A DNA stretch of 35,103 nucleotides from Candidatus Iainarchaeum sp. GTDB lineage: Archaea; Iainarchaeota; Iainarchaeia; Iainarchaeales; DTGL01. The stretch spans positions 1 to 35,103 of the forward strand of contig JAOAJX010000007.1 of assembly GCA_026413945.1 (NCBI GenBank), written 5' to 3'. Shown in pieces: positions 27,207 to 35,103 of the stretch (position 1 is the first letter of the stretch; each line of letters starts with the position of its first letter). The position numbers were made by a program, and so were the translations under genes. The notes under the pieces are model-generated. The model saw only the letters and a program-made list of their open reading frames with translations. It was not told where the DNA came from and ran no database searches.

Positions 27207-29414
27207 GTGATGATGAAGAAATTAATTGTTGCTTTGGCTTTTTTAATAATTGTGGCAAGCACTTTTGCTGCAATAGAAGGTGAGGGAAAACTAACTGCGA
27301 GTTGTTTTTCTGACCCTGCCATGCCAGTATATAAAATAACTAATGATTTCTCTGAAAGAACCGAGTTTACAATAAGCATTGATTATAAGCCAGATGTCTT
27401 TGACATAAAAACAATACCACAATTGCCGTATAAATTAACTCTCAATTCTGGCGAAAGCGCAGATCTTAGGCTATTTATTAAGCCTTGCTGCTGCGGCGAG
27501 CCAGGCAATTATGTAATAACAATAAAAGCAACATCTTCAAAAGGCGACTTTGTAAAAAAGGTTGATTTCACGGTACAAGAAGCTGGAAAAATAAAGGTTT
27601 CTATAGAGCCATCGGAAACGCAGTTAGGCCAGTGTGATGAGAGAACAGCGATAGTTACAATTGAAAATGCTAGTCCAGCAATCACAAATTTAGTGCTAAG
27701 CCTTAACACTGATTCGCCTCAGCTTTTCGAGTTAAGCACAAAAGAAATGCGCCTTGAGGCAAACTCAAAGAAAACAGTCAACCTAAAGATAAAGGCGCCC
27801 TGCCAATTAACACCAACAAAGAAAAGTGTTGAAGTTATTGCAAAAACAGTTGAAGGCGATTGCCCAAAGCTCTCTGGCAGCGCTTCATTTATTGCGGGGC
27901 TTGTTGATAGACAGAACATTGAGATAGAAAAAAAGACATTTGATGTCTGCAATGATATAGAGCAAACAACAACAATAAGGATAAAGAATCTAGGTTCCAG
28001 AACAGATGAGCTTAATCTGAGTTTGGAAGGACCGGAATGGGTAATATTACAGCAAAAAACTCTTACTATAGAGGGTGGTAAAGAAGGGGAGGTAGCTATA
28101 AAGTTCCTAAAGAGCACATCAGAAGGTAAGTTCAGTTTCACTATAAAAGCCAATTCAAAGAAATATAACAAAGACACCATTCAGCAGTTTGAAATAATGC
28201 TAAGGGACTGTTACAAAGTAGACATAGAAAAGTTTTCAGGAAAGGAAAGAGCTTGTATAGAAGACAAAACATTGGAATATAGCTTTGATCTCAAGAATAC
28301 AAAGAACACGGAAATAACATTCGAGCTCTCACTTGCAGGTATGAAAGGCAGTTTGAGCACTACAAAATTAACTTTAAAACCTGGGGAGAGGAAGGAGGTA
28401 AAAGCAACGATTGATGTCAGCGCAGAAAAAGAAGGCAAGAAAAGTTTCACCATAAGCATCAATGCACCACAGTTCAGCGACTCGTTTAAGGTTAACTTTG
28501 AGTTAGAAGACTGCTATGCTTTGAGCGTAGATTCAAAAGCAATAGAAAAAGATATAAAAATGGAAGTCTCACCTGAGTTATGCCCACAGAGTGTTTTGCT
28601 TGAGCTAAAAGTTACAAATACAGGAACAAAGGAACAAAACGTTAAGCTTTCGCTCACTGGCACAAAATGGGTTTACCTTGAGCCAACAAGCTTGAAGCTT
28701 GCTCCAAAAGAAACAAAGCCTTTTTACGTATATGTAGGACCACCGATAACAGAGACGGCTGGAAATTACACGGCAACACTTTGGATTGAGGCAAACGACT
28801 ACAAGAAGGAATTTCCTATAAGGATAAACCTTGCCTCAGTTACACTACCACAGAAGATAGGCATTGAGACATCAGCGCAGATTGAAGAAACAATAGTTCA
28901 GCAGGAAAAAACGATAAAGGCAAAGGTAAGGATTGTGAATACAAGCGATTGCCTGCTTGAGGTCAGCGATGTTAAAGCAGAAAAATACAGCGTGACATTT
29001 AGCCCCACCAAATTCACTCTTGACAAGAACGGCTTTGTTGAGCTAACAGCAACCGTTGCTTTAGGTAAGCTTGATGTGAACTCATTAGAAGTACCGATTT
29101 CAGTTACAACCGACCGTGGAATAATAAGAAAATCCGTTGTAATAGACCTTGTTAAGAAAGAGGTGTCAGAGGTTCCCGTAAAAGTAACACCAACACCAAA
29201 AGCAACAGCAATGGCAACAGCGACAGTTGATAAAAACGCAACGGTATCACCAGCAGCACCAGTAGGGCAAGCAGTTTCAGAGCCGATGACTAACATAATA
29301 GTATTGCTATTCTTAGCGGTTGTTGCAATAGTGATAGTTATTCTAGCGTACTATGCCTATAAGAAAGAGAAAGGCGAAGAAACAGGCATGAAGAACGAGA
29401 AAAAAAGCAAATAA
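27207..29414 (+). CDS. Large multi-Ig-like (COG1470-like) surface protein with Thr/Pro/Ala linker and C-terminal TM
   Basis: MKKLIVALAF signal peptide, about 6 repeated ~100-aa modules (L-x-PGE-x-K, DCY boundaries), VTPTPKATAMATAT linker, TM, and a basic tail. The true start is probably ATG 27210 or 27213. Confidence 0.82.
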   Translation: MMMKKLIVALAFLIIVASTFAAIEGEGKLTASCFSDPAMPVYKITNDFSERTEFTISIDYKPDVFDIKTIPQLPYKLTLNSGESADLRLFIKPCCCGEPGNYVITIKATSSKGDFVKKVDFTVQEAGKIKVSIEPSETQLGQCDERTAIVTIENASPAITNLVLSLNTDSPQLFELSTKEMRLEANSKKTVNLKIKAPCQLTPTKKSVEVIAKTVEGDCPKLSGSASFIAGLVDRQNIEIEKKTFDVCNDIEQTTTIRIKNLGSRTDELNLSLEGPEWVILQQKTLTIEGGKEGEVAIKFLKSTSEGKFSFTIKANSKKYNKDTIQQFEIMLRDCYKVDIEKFSGKERACIEDKTLEYSFDLKNTKNTEITFELSLAGMKGSLSTTKLTLKPGERKEVKATIDVSAEKEGKKSFTISINAPQFSDSFKVNFELEDCYALSVDSKAIEKDIKMEVSPELCPQSVLLELKVTNTGTKEQNVKLSLTGTKWVYLEPTSLKLAPKETKPFYVYVGPPITETAGNYTATLWIEANDYKKEFPIRINLASVTLPQKIGIETSAQIEETIVQQEKTIKAKVRIVNTSDCLLEVSDVKAEKYSVTFSPTKFTLDKNGFVELTATVALGKLDVNSLEVPISVTTDRGIIRKSVVIDLVKKEVSEVPVKVTPTPKATAMATATVDKNATVSPAAPVGQAVSEPMTNIIVLLFLAVVAIVIVILAYYAYKKEKGEETGMKNEKKSK

Positions 29415-29416
29415 GC

Positions 29417-29490
29417 TTTTCTCTATTTTTTTTCTTTTTTATTTTTTTTTGGTTAATTCCTATTTCTATTATTTTAATTCTATTTTTTAT
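29417..29490. terminator. T-rich terminator region between convergent genes
   Basis: Multiple T6-T8 runs on the + strand after the 735-aa gene. Confidence 0.55.
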
Positions 29491-30342
29491 TTACCAAACC
29501 CTTTTGAGTGAGCTGACAAAATTATACTGTAAGCATGCAAGGCACTGTATTATTGAAGCACATGAGCTGCAGTCAGTTGGAAGCACAACTTCTGGCTTTT
29601 GTGGTGGTTGTGTAGGCCCATTAGTATCTCCTGTTGGGCCAGTATCCCCGGGCTTTTTTGGCAAACCTGTAGCATAAGCATTGATCTGCTCTTGCGTGCT
29701 GAACCATGGTGTAAAAGTACCACCTGCACCAGTGCCTTCATCGATCCTGAACCTAACATCGAAGTCAATCACAATTTCAGGATTTTGAGTATCTTTCCAG
29801 ACATAACGAAAACTTTTGTCAGCAGCAGTAGTTTCCAACATCGTTGGCTGTTTTATATTGTTAATCCTGTACTCAATACGGCCATCTTTTCCGCAATTAT
29901 TAGCTTTTGGTCCTCCATCACATCTTTGGGTTTCACCGGCTTTATGAAAGCTTATAGAACCTATTCCGTGTAAGCAATCCAGTGTGTAGCTTGTTGTTCC
30001 TCTATCAAAATATTTTACTTCAAAGCTTACCTTCGGTCTGTCCTTTTGTAATAGCGTAAGATCACCACCGGTAATGCTTTCGTTTATAAATGGAATTAAC
30101 TCGTATGGATATATGTAATATATTCCGTTGTGACAAGGGTAAGTTTTAGCCAATGCAGTGCTATCTATTTTAGCAAAGAAATCAGCCCGTTGCAGAGATA
30201 TTGGGTGAGATGGATTGTAAATTGTTTTTGTTGCTGGTTTTGTTGTTATCGTAAAAGCAAAAGAGGAATGAGGCAATAATACCAAAAATAAAAATAGAAA
30301 TATTAGTTTCTTTGCCAACTTATAACAATTATGGCGGTTCAT
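29491..30342 (-). CDS. Hypothetical secreted protein with Pro/Gly/Thr linker and C-terminal Cys motif
   Basis: Signal peptide (SFA-F), globular domain, KKPGDTGPTGDTNGPTQPPQKP linker, and CSSCASIIQCLACL. Confidence 0.75.
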   Translation of the reverse strand: MNRHNCYKLAKKLIFLFLFLVLLPHSSFAFTITTKPATKTIYNPSHPISLQRADFFAKIDSTALAKTYPCHNGIYYIYPYELIPFINESITGGDLTLLQKDRPKVSFEVKYFDRGTTSYTLDCLHGIGSISFHKAGETQRCDGGPKANNCGKDGRIEYRINNIKQPTMLETTAADKSFRYVWKDTQNPEIVIDFDVRFRIDEGTGAGGTFTPWFSTQEQINAYATGLPKKPGDTGPTGDTNGPTQPPQKPEVVLPTDCSSCASIIQCLACLQYNFVSSLKRVW

Positions 30343-30407
30343 TCAAAATCCCTTTTATCCATTTTCGAATCATTTCTATACCAGAATGAATATATAATAT
30401 TTTTTAC

Positions 30408-30423
30408 ATATAAAAACCTTTGC
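30408..30423 (-). promoter_or_regulatory. BRE+TATA-like promoter for the 283-aa gene
   Basis: The minus strand reads GCAAAGG-TTTTTATAT. Confidence 0.5.
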
Positions 30424-30560
30424 TTAAAGTTATTGGCATTGGTTATTTTAATTGAAAGTTTAAGCTAAAATTAAAAAAAATTGGAATAAAAGCAAGCATA
30501 AGATTTAAATATTAGGTGAGATATAAGTTTACAATAGTTTAAAGCTTTTGAGGTGGTGTT

Positions 30561-32057
30561 GTGGATAATAAAAAGATTCTAGCAGCATTTTTTGTTTTTT
30601 TTTATTTGTCTATTTGCCTCTCGACTAGCGTCAATATTGGTGATAAACAAGAAGGCGGAGAAGATACCATAAATATCAGTGTTGGTGGCAGGAATGTTGA
30701 AGCTACCGGTGTTGATTGCTTTGATTACTATCACTTTGGCTTAGTTGAGTTTGATTATCCACGGCCAGAAAAAACTGTTTACAAAACTGGTGAAACTGCC
30801 AGCATTGTAACAACTATAATAAACAATAATGAATATGCAATTGTGCAAGGCAATGTAATTGCACAAGTATACTACACAAACAAAGAAAGTGGGAATTACC
30901 AAGGAGACCATCTTTTGGCAGAATTTATTGCTTTTGATGGTTTGGCTTTAGCGCCAAAGCAGGCATATGATCTTGCTGTGGAATGGCAGATTCCAAAAGA
31001 TGCACCAAAAGGCAGATATGATGTTGCTCTTTATTTCCAAGAGTTGCACACATATAATATGTCTGGCCTGCCATTCATAACTAACTATTATGGCGGCCTT
31101 GCAAGCTTTGATGTTGAGAGCGCAAATGAAAATTTGCCATTTTACTTTGATAGAAATGCTGTTTTGTTAAACGGTGAGAAACAGCTTTTGAGACATTTCT
31201 CAAAAAACTTTGAAAAAGGCGAAAAAATCACATATGAAGTGCCGATAGTAAATCCAACGACAAAAAGCCAAAGTGTTTCAGTTACCTATCAGCTTTACTC
31301 ATGGGACCAAAGCGATGAGAAAAACCTTTTGGTCAAATACTCAAAGAATGAAAACATGGAAATAGGCGCAAAATCTAGCAAAAAGGCATCAATAAACTTT
31401 AATGACCTTGAGGCCGGAGCATATGAATTAAAGATAACTGCTAGCAACAATGCTTGGAACAGCATATTATTGCTTAGGTTTACAGTAAAAGGTGCAAAAG
31501 GAAGATTCATACACACTGGCTTGACAGCATTTCCTCTATTAAAAGGAGATAATTTTACAATGTTCGCATGCTTTTCAAATACGACTGATTGGTTTACAAA
31601 TTTCAATGGAGAGGTTGTATTGGAACTCAAAGATAACAAAGGCAATATATTGGGTACGGAAACTTTCAGGGGAGAGATCACTCCAAAAATTATGGCAATA
31701 AAGAAAGACTTGAAAGCAACCGAATGCTATGATGAGCTTCACCTTACTGCGAGAATTAAAGATTCTGGCACTGGGAAAATTCATCAAGAAATAACAAAAG
31801 TTTATAGGTTGGCGGATTTCAGAGACGCTAATCTTATAGACAAATTCTACGAAGAAAAAGCAAAGATTGAAGCTAAACCAACACCAACAAAAACAGTTGA
31901 AGAGACAAGAACCCAAGTGCCTGTAAAAACACAAGAACCAACGAAAACGCCTTTGCCAAAGGAGGAATTTCCGTCCGGAATTTTATTGGTTACGGCAGTA
32001 GCAGCAATAATTATTGTTGGTGGTGCATTATATTACATCAAAAAGGTAAGAAAGTAA
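30561..32057 (+). CDS. Secreted Ig-like surface protein with Pro/Thr linker and C-terminal TM
   Basis: Signal peptide, beta-sandwich motifs (WQIPKDAPKGRYDV, LEAGAYELKI), PTPTKT linker, TM plus KKVRK. RBS GAGGTGG. Confidence 0.82.
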   Translation: MDNKKILAAFFVFFYLSICLSTSVNIGDKQEGGEDTINISVGGRNVEATGVDCFDYYHFGLVEFDYPRPEKTVYKTGETASIVTTIINNNEYAIVQGNVIAQVYYTNKESGNYQGDHLLAEFIAFDGLALAPKQAYDLAVEWQIPKDAPKGRYDVALYFQELHTYNMSGLPFITNYYGGLASFDVESANENLPFYFDRNAVLLNGEKQLLRHFSKNFEKGEKITYEVPIVNPTTKSQSVSVTYQLYSWDQSDEKNLLVKYSKNENMEIGAKSSKKASINFNDLEAGAYELKITASNNAWNSILLLRFTVKGAKGRFIHTGLTAFPLLKGDNFTMFACFSNTTDWFTNFNGEVVLELKDNKGNILGTETFRGEITPKIMAIKKDLKATECYDELHLTARIKDSGTGKIHQEITKVYRLADFRDANLIDKFYEEKAKIEAKPTPTKTVEETRTQVPVKTQEPTKTPLPKEEFPSGILLVTAVAAIIIVGGALYYIKKVRK

Positions 32058-32074
32058 TTGGGTTGGTTGATGTT

Positions 32075-33401
32075 ATGAAGTTGGGTTTTCAGTTCTCTTT
32101 TATTGTTACTATTGTTTTTTTGCTTTTTTTTTGCACCCAAAGCGCTTTCATCTGCTTCATGCCAAGGCGGCATAAATGCAACGGAGTTAGCTTATGGGTC
32201 AGGGTACCAAATAGGCCAAATATATGGTTATGCAAATGATATTATAAAAACATTTAGACTCCCTTTGAGCTGGGGTGGTTACAATGCTTTCCAGAGGATC
32301 TGTGTTGGCGGTGAAATGGCCTTCAGCGATGCCGAAACCGGCTTTAAAATAACATTTTTCCAAAATGATGTGCCTACACAACAGATACCAAGCAGCTTAA
32401 CGCTTGCGTATGGTATTGCAATTGAGCCACCGACAGGTGAAGATCAGCCACAGCCGGGCCAAGATGAAAACAAGTTTAGAAAAAATGAATGGATAAACGA
32501 AGGTGCTTCCCAAGATAGTCCACCAATAATAAATGTATCAACCTCTTTCATAACTAAGCTATGCGATGAAGGACAAAAGAAATATAATTGCTCAAACTAT
32601 GGTAACAATAAGCTATGTACAAAAACGAGTGGCGATTACAGCACACCTAATTCCTTCAAAACTAAGGTTGAGAAAGTTTCAAGTATTCCAAGCACTTACG
32701 TTGCGAGTAATGGTTATGATACATACGTTATTCCTTTTGGCGGACTTAATACAGTCGCTCTCGGTGGAACACAGCTATTAAGGGCTATTGAGATTGCTTT
32801 GGACTGCAAGGTTTCCTGCAATGGTCCGCTTGAGCCAAAGAAAGCAGACGCTAAAGTGTATAACTTAACTTTGCATAAAGAAGATAAGCAAAAAGATTCC
32901 TACTATATTGACCTTGATGAAGCAGCCCAAAAGTGTGCTGGAGGAGCCGACATTTATGTTGGCTGTTACAGCAATCCTGGCGCACATTTCCTTTATGTTG
33001 ATAAGATATTTTTCCCTGACACAATGGAATCTGCAGAGGCAAACTGGCTTATAAGAATGTATCCATCAAATCAAGCTGGTTCCAATCAGCCAAAGCTTCT
33101 ATTCCAACTCCCACTTGTTGCTGCTGCGGGAAATCCACCTGTTGCTGACTTTGCCTATGAGGTTGACAGTGCAACTGGAGAAGAGACTTTGCTAAAATTT
33201 ACACCAACAGTTTCAGATTCAGACGGCACAGTAAAATCTCTGACATGGAACTTCGGCGATGGGCAAAAACATGTGATGAAACAGGAGCCGATCCCTGTGA
33301 CTTACGGCTTTAAGCCTGGTTATTACACAGTTTCGCTAACAGTTTATGACAATGATGGCCTCAAAGTGAAAAAGGTAAGAACAATAAAAGTTGAAGATTG
33401 A
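32075..33401 (+). CDS. Secreted protein with C-terminal PKD domain; frameshifted in the signal peptide as assembled
   Basis: PKD: NPPVADF...DSDGTV-x3-TWNFGDG...PGYYTVSLTVYDNDG. ATG 32075 (MKLGFQFSFIVTIVFLLFF) is out of frame with the body by one T in T9 (32124-32132). The ORF track uses TTG 32103. Confidence 0.8.
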
Positions 33402-33928
33402 GGGTGGTTAGAAATGGAAAATATAGGTTATAGAAAAATTTATATTTTTTTATTTATGGCCATTATGTTATCAATTTTTTGTGGCCCTATCAGTTCACAG
33501 TCAATATCTGACTCTGTAAAAGGTTACACTGAATTAAGCCTTGTTTTTATTTCTTCCTATTGTGTCCTTGATCAAAATTGCTATAAGATGTGTGTCCAAA
33601 AAATTGGCTCAACTATTAAATGTCGCGCTCAATGTAGCCAGACTAGAGAAGAGTTCTCACCTGTTGTAAAAGAGTACGAAAGCAAAATCTTAGACTACTT
33701 TCGCTTTCCCTCACAAAAAAAAGTTTATATAGAGAGCATGTATTTTGATGATAACGATTTTTTGAATGCAGCCAGGGTAGTAGTAGGTATGGAAGTTGCT
33801 TTGGGGGGTGCTGACTCTGGCTATAGAATAAACTTCATCAAAAATGATGTTTCTACTGAGAAAGCACCAAACCCATTGACTTTAGATTATGGTATTGCAA
33901 TTGAGCCACCGACAGGTGAAGATCAGCC
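32409..33928 (+). repeat. 41-bp exact direct repeat, copies at 32409-32449 and 33888-33928
   Basis: TATGGTATTGCAATTGAGCCACCGACAGGTGAAGATCAGCC occurs identically in both PKD paralogs. Confidence 0.92.
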
Positions 33929-35103
33929 GCAGCCTGGAAAGGAGCCACAGCCCAGGAAAAATGAATGGATAAATGAGGGGGGCGAAGCTGATTCTCCACC
34001 AATGATAAATGTTTCTAAGGAGTTTATTTCAAAGCTTTGTGATAAAGGTCAGAAAAGATACTGGCATTCTGTATACTTTGCACGGTATTATCCATTACCT
34101 TTAATAAGAGTTCGATTGTATGATATGAGTAAGGGTTCAAGAATTATTTCTGATAAATACTGCAAAAAAATAGATAATAAAGGTTATATATCTTATTTTA
34201 ATATAAACAAGTGTGCAAAAGAAGATTACAATAAATTTGAAACAGAGGTTGAAAAGATAAGCACCATACCAAATATTTATACGGCAAGAAATGGTTATGA
34301 AGCTTATGTAATTCCGTTAGATGGCCTAAAAACACAGGCATATGGGGGTGTTCAGCTTTTTAGGGCTGTTGATGCTTCAATAAGGTGTTTTATTTCCTGC
34401 AATGGTAGATTAGACGAGAATATAGATTCAAATAAAATTAATGTCTACGAGATACCTTTTTATAGAAAAGTAGTAGATGGCAAAGAAAGATTTTATCTTG
34501 ATCTTGACCAAGCAGCAGAAAAATGCAAAAATGTGCAAAGAGCAGAGCCTTACATTGGATGCTATGATGTTGGCAGCGCTTATTTTGCATATGTTGACAA
34601 GATTTTCTTCCCTGATACTATGGAATCAGTGCAGGCTGACTGGCTTATAAGGTTATACAAGCCTCTGCCTAAGGAGATCGTAAAAGCATATTATAATGGC
34701 AGCATCTCAGAACTACCTCTAGAGAATCCAAAGCTGATATTCCAAGTTCCATTGCAGCTTGCCTCAGGAACGCCGCCTGAGATAAGTTTTGAGTATCAGT
34801 TGGTTGCCATTACTGGTGAAGAAGTGCTTGTGTCATTTAAGCCAAAAGCAAGTGATTCTGATGGCAGAGTAGAGAGCATAACCTGGGACTTCGGCAATGG
34901 AAAGCAGTATGTTGCAAAGCCAAATGAAGAGGTTACATATAGCTTTGCTCCAGGTTATTATAGTGTTTCCGCATTGGCTTATGATAATGAAGGTTTGAAA
35001 TCAAAGAAAGTGAGAACATTGAACCTTTCACTTGAAACTAGCAAACCTTTATTTTCAGTTACTATTCCTGAACTGCCTCCTGAGTTGCCTCCAACTATGC
35101 CAG
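33414..35103 (+). CDS. 3'-truncated paralog of the preceding PKD-domain protein
   Basis: Manually translated open frame from ATG 33414 (MENIGYRKIYIFLFMAIML...) to the window end. Shares YGIAIEPPTGEDQPQPG, RKNEWINEG, YVDKIFFPDTMES and the PKD (SDSDGRVESITWDFGNG...PGYYSVS) with the upstream gene. Confidence 0.88.
   Translation, partial: MENIGYRKIYIFLFMAIMLSIFCGPISSQSISDSVKGYTELSLVFISSYCVLDQNCYKMCVQKIGSTIKCRAQCSQTREEFSPVVKEYESKILDYFRFPSQKKVYIESMYFDDNDFLNAARVVVGMEVALGGADSGYRINFIKNDVSTEKAPNPLTLDYGIAIEPPTGEDQPQPGKEPQPRKNEWINEGGEADSPPMINVSKEFISKLCDKGQKRYWHSVYFARYYPLPLIRVRLYDMSKGSRIISDKYCKKIDNKGYISYFNINKCAKEDYNKFETEVEKISTIPNIYTARNGYEAYVIPLDGLKTQAYGGVQLFRAVDASIRCFISCNGRLDENIDSNKINVYEIPFYRKVVDGKERFYLDLDQAAEKCKNVQRAEPYIGCYDVGSAYFAYVDKIFFPDTMESVQADWLIRLYKPLPKEIVKAYYNGSISELPLENPKLIFQVPLQLASGTPPEISFEYQLVAITGEEVLVSFKPKASDSDGRVESITWDFGNGKQYVAKPNEEVTYSFAPGYYSVSALAYDNEGLKSKKVRTLNLSLETSKPLFSVTIPELPPELPPTMP

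Noticed and set aside
27204-27209. The TAG of the 750-aa gene is directly followed in frame by the 735-aa gene, suggesting a readthrough fusion
   Set aside because: The second gene has its own RBS (AGGAGGTAGGTG) and signal peptide, and in-frame abutment has a 1-in-3 chance. Worth revisiting only if amber readthrough is shown.
1591-33042. Numerous 60-160 aa ORFs nested in or antisense to long genes
   Set aside because: They are shadow ORFs of well-supported genes, with no motifs or RBS.
1-35103. Genome-wide TAG reassignment (code 15 or pyrrolysine)
   Set aside because: dfx, tnaA, the HD gene and the PHP gene end at TAG at normal family C-termini, and no conserved gene is interrupted by TAG.
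32075-35103. Diversity-generating retroelement TR/VR pair
   Set aside because: No reverse transcriptase is in the window, the differences between copies are not adenine-specific, and both copies are full coding paralogs.

Overview
A 35-kb chromosomal window from an archaeon. It has BRE+TATA promoters, GGTGA/GGAGG ribosome-binding sites, T-tract terminators, an archaeal-type Lhr and a tRNA without encoded CCA. Gene style and content suggest a DPANN lineage such as Iainarchaeota/Diapherotrites; this assignment is inference only. The left two-thirds is mostly housekeeping or metabolic: a 5'-truncated AT-rich putative nuclease, prs, dfx, a lone receiver domain, an HD hydrolase, lhr, a metallophosphoesterase, tnaA, tRNA-Pro(CGG), two Kazal-domain surface proteins, pyrG, a CDP-alcohol phosphotransferase, a GT-C glycosyltransferase, a tRNA-binding OB protein, and TraB, PHP, YbaK and a bacterial-type metK. 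The right third (23.5 kb to the end) is an uninterrupted block of 8 uncharacterised secreted or membrane-anchored proteins, several of them Cys-rich, Ig-like or PKD-containing. It ends in a tandem paralog pair, one copy frameshifted in a T9 tract and the two sharing a 41-bp identical block. Signals the ORF track misses: (i) a Gln/Tyr/Pro-rich tail broken by in-frame TAGs behind the LppM-like gene, whose stop codon can be sequestered by a 13-bp duplex that competes with a terminator-like hairpin; (ii) a CTG-initiated PHP gene; (iii) the 3'-truncated PKD paralog at 33414. No CRISPR array, transposase, integrase or reverse transcriptase was seen.
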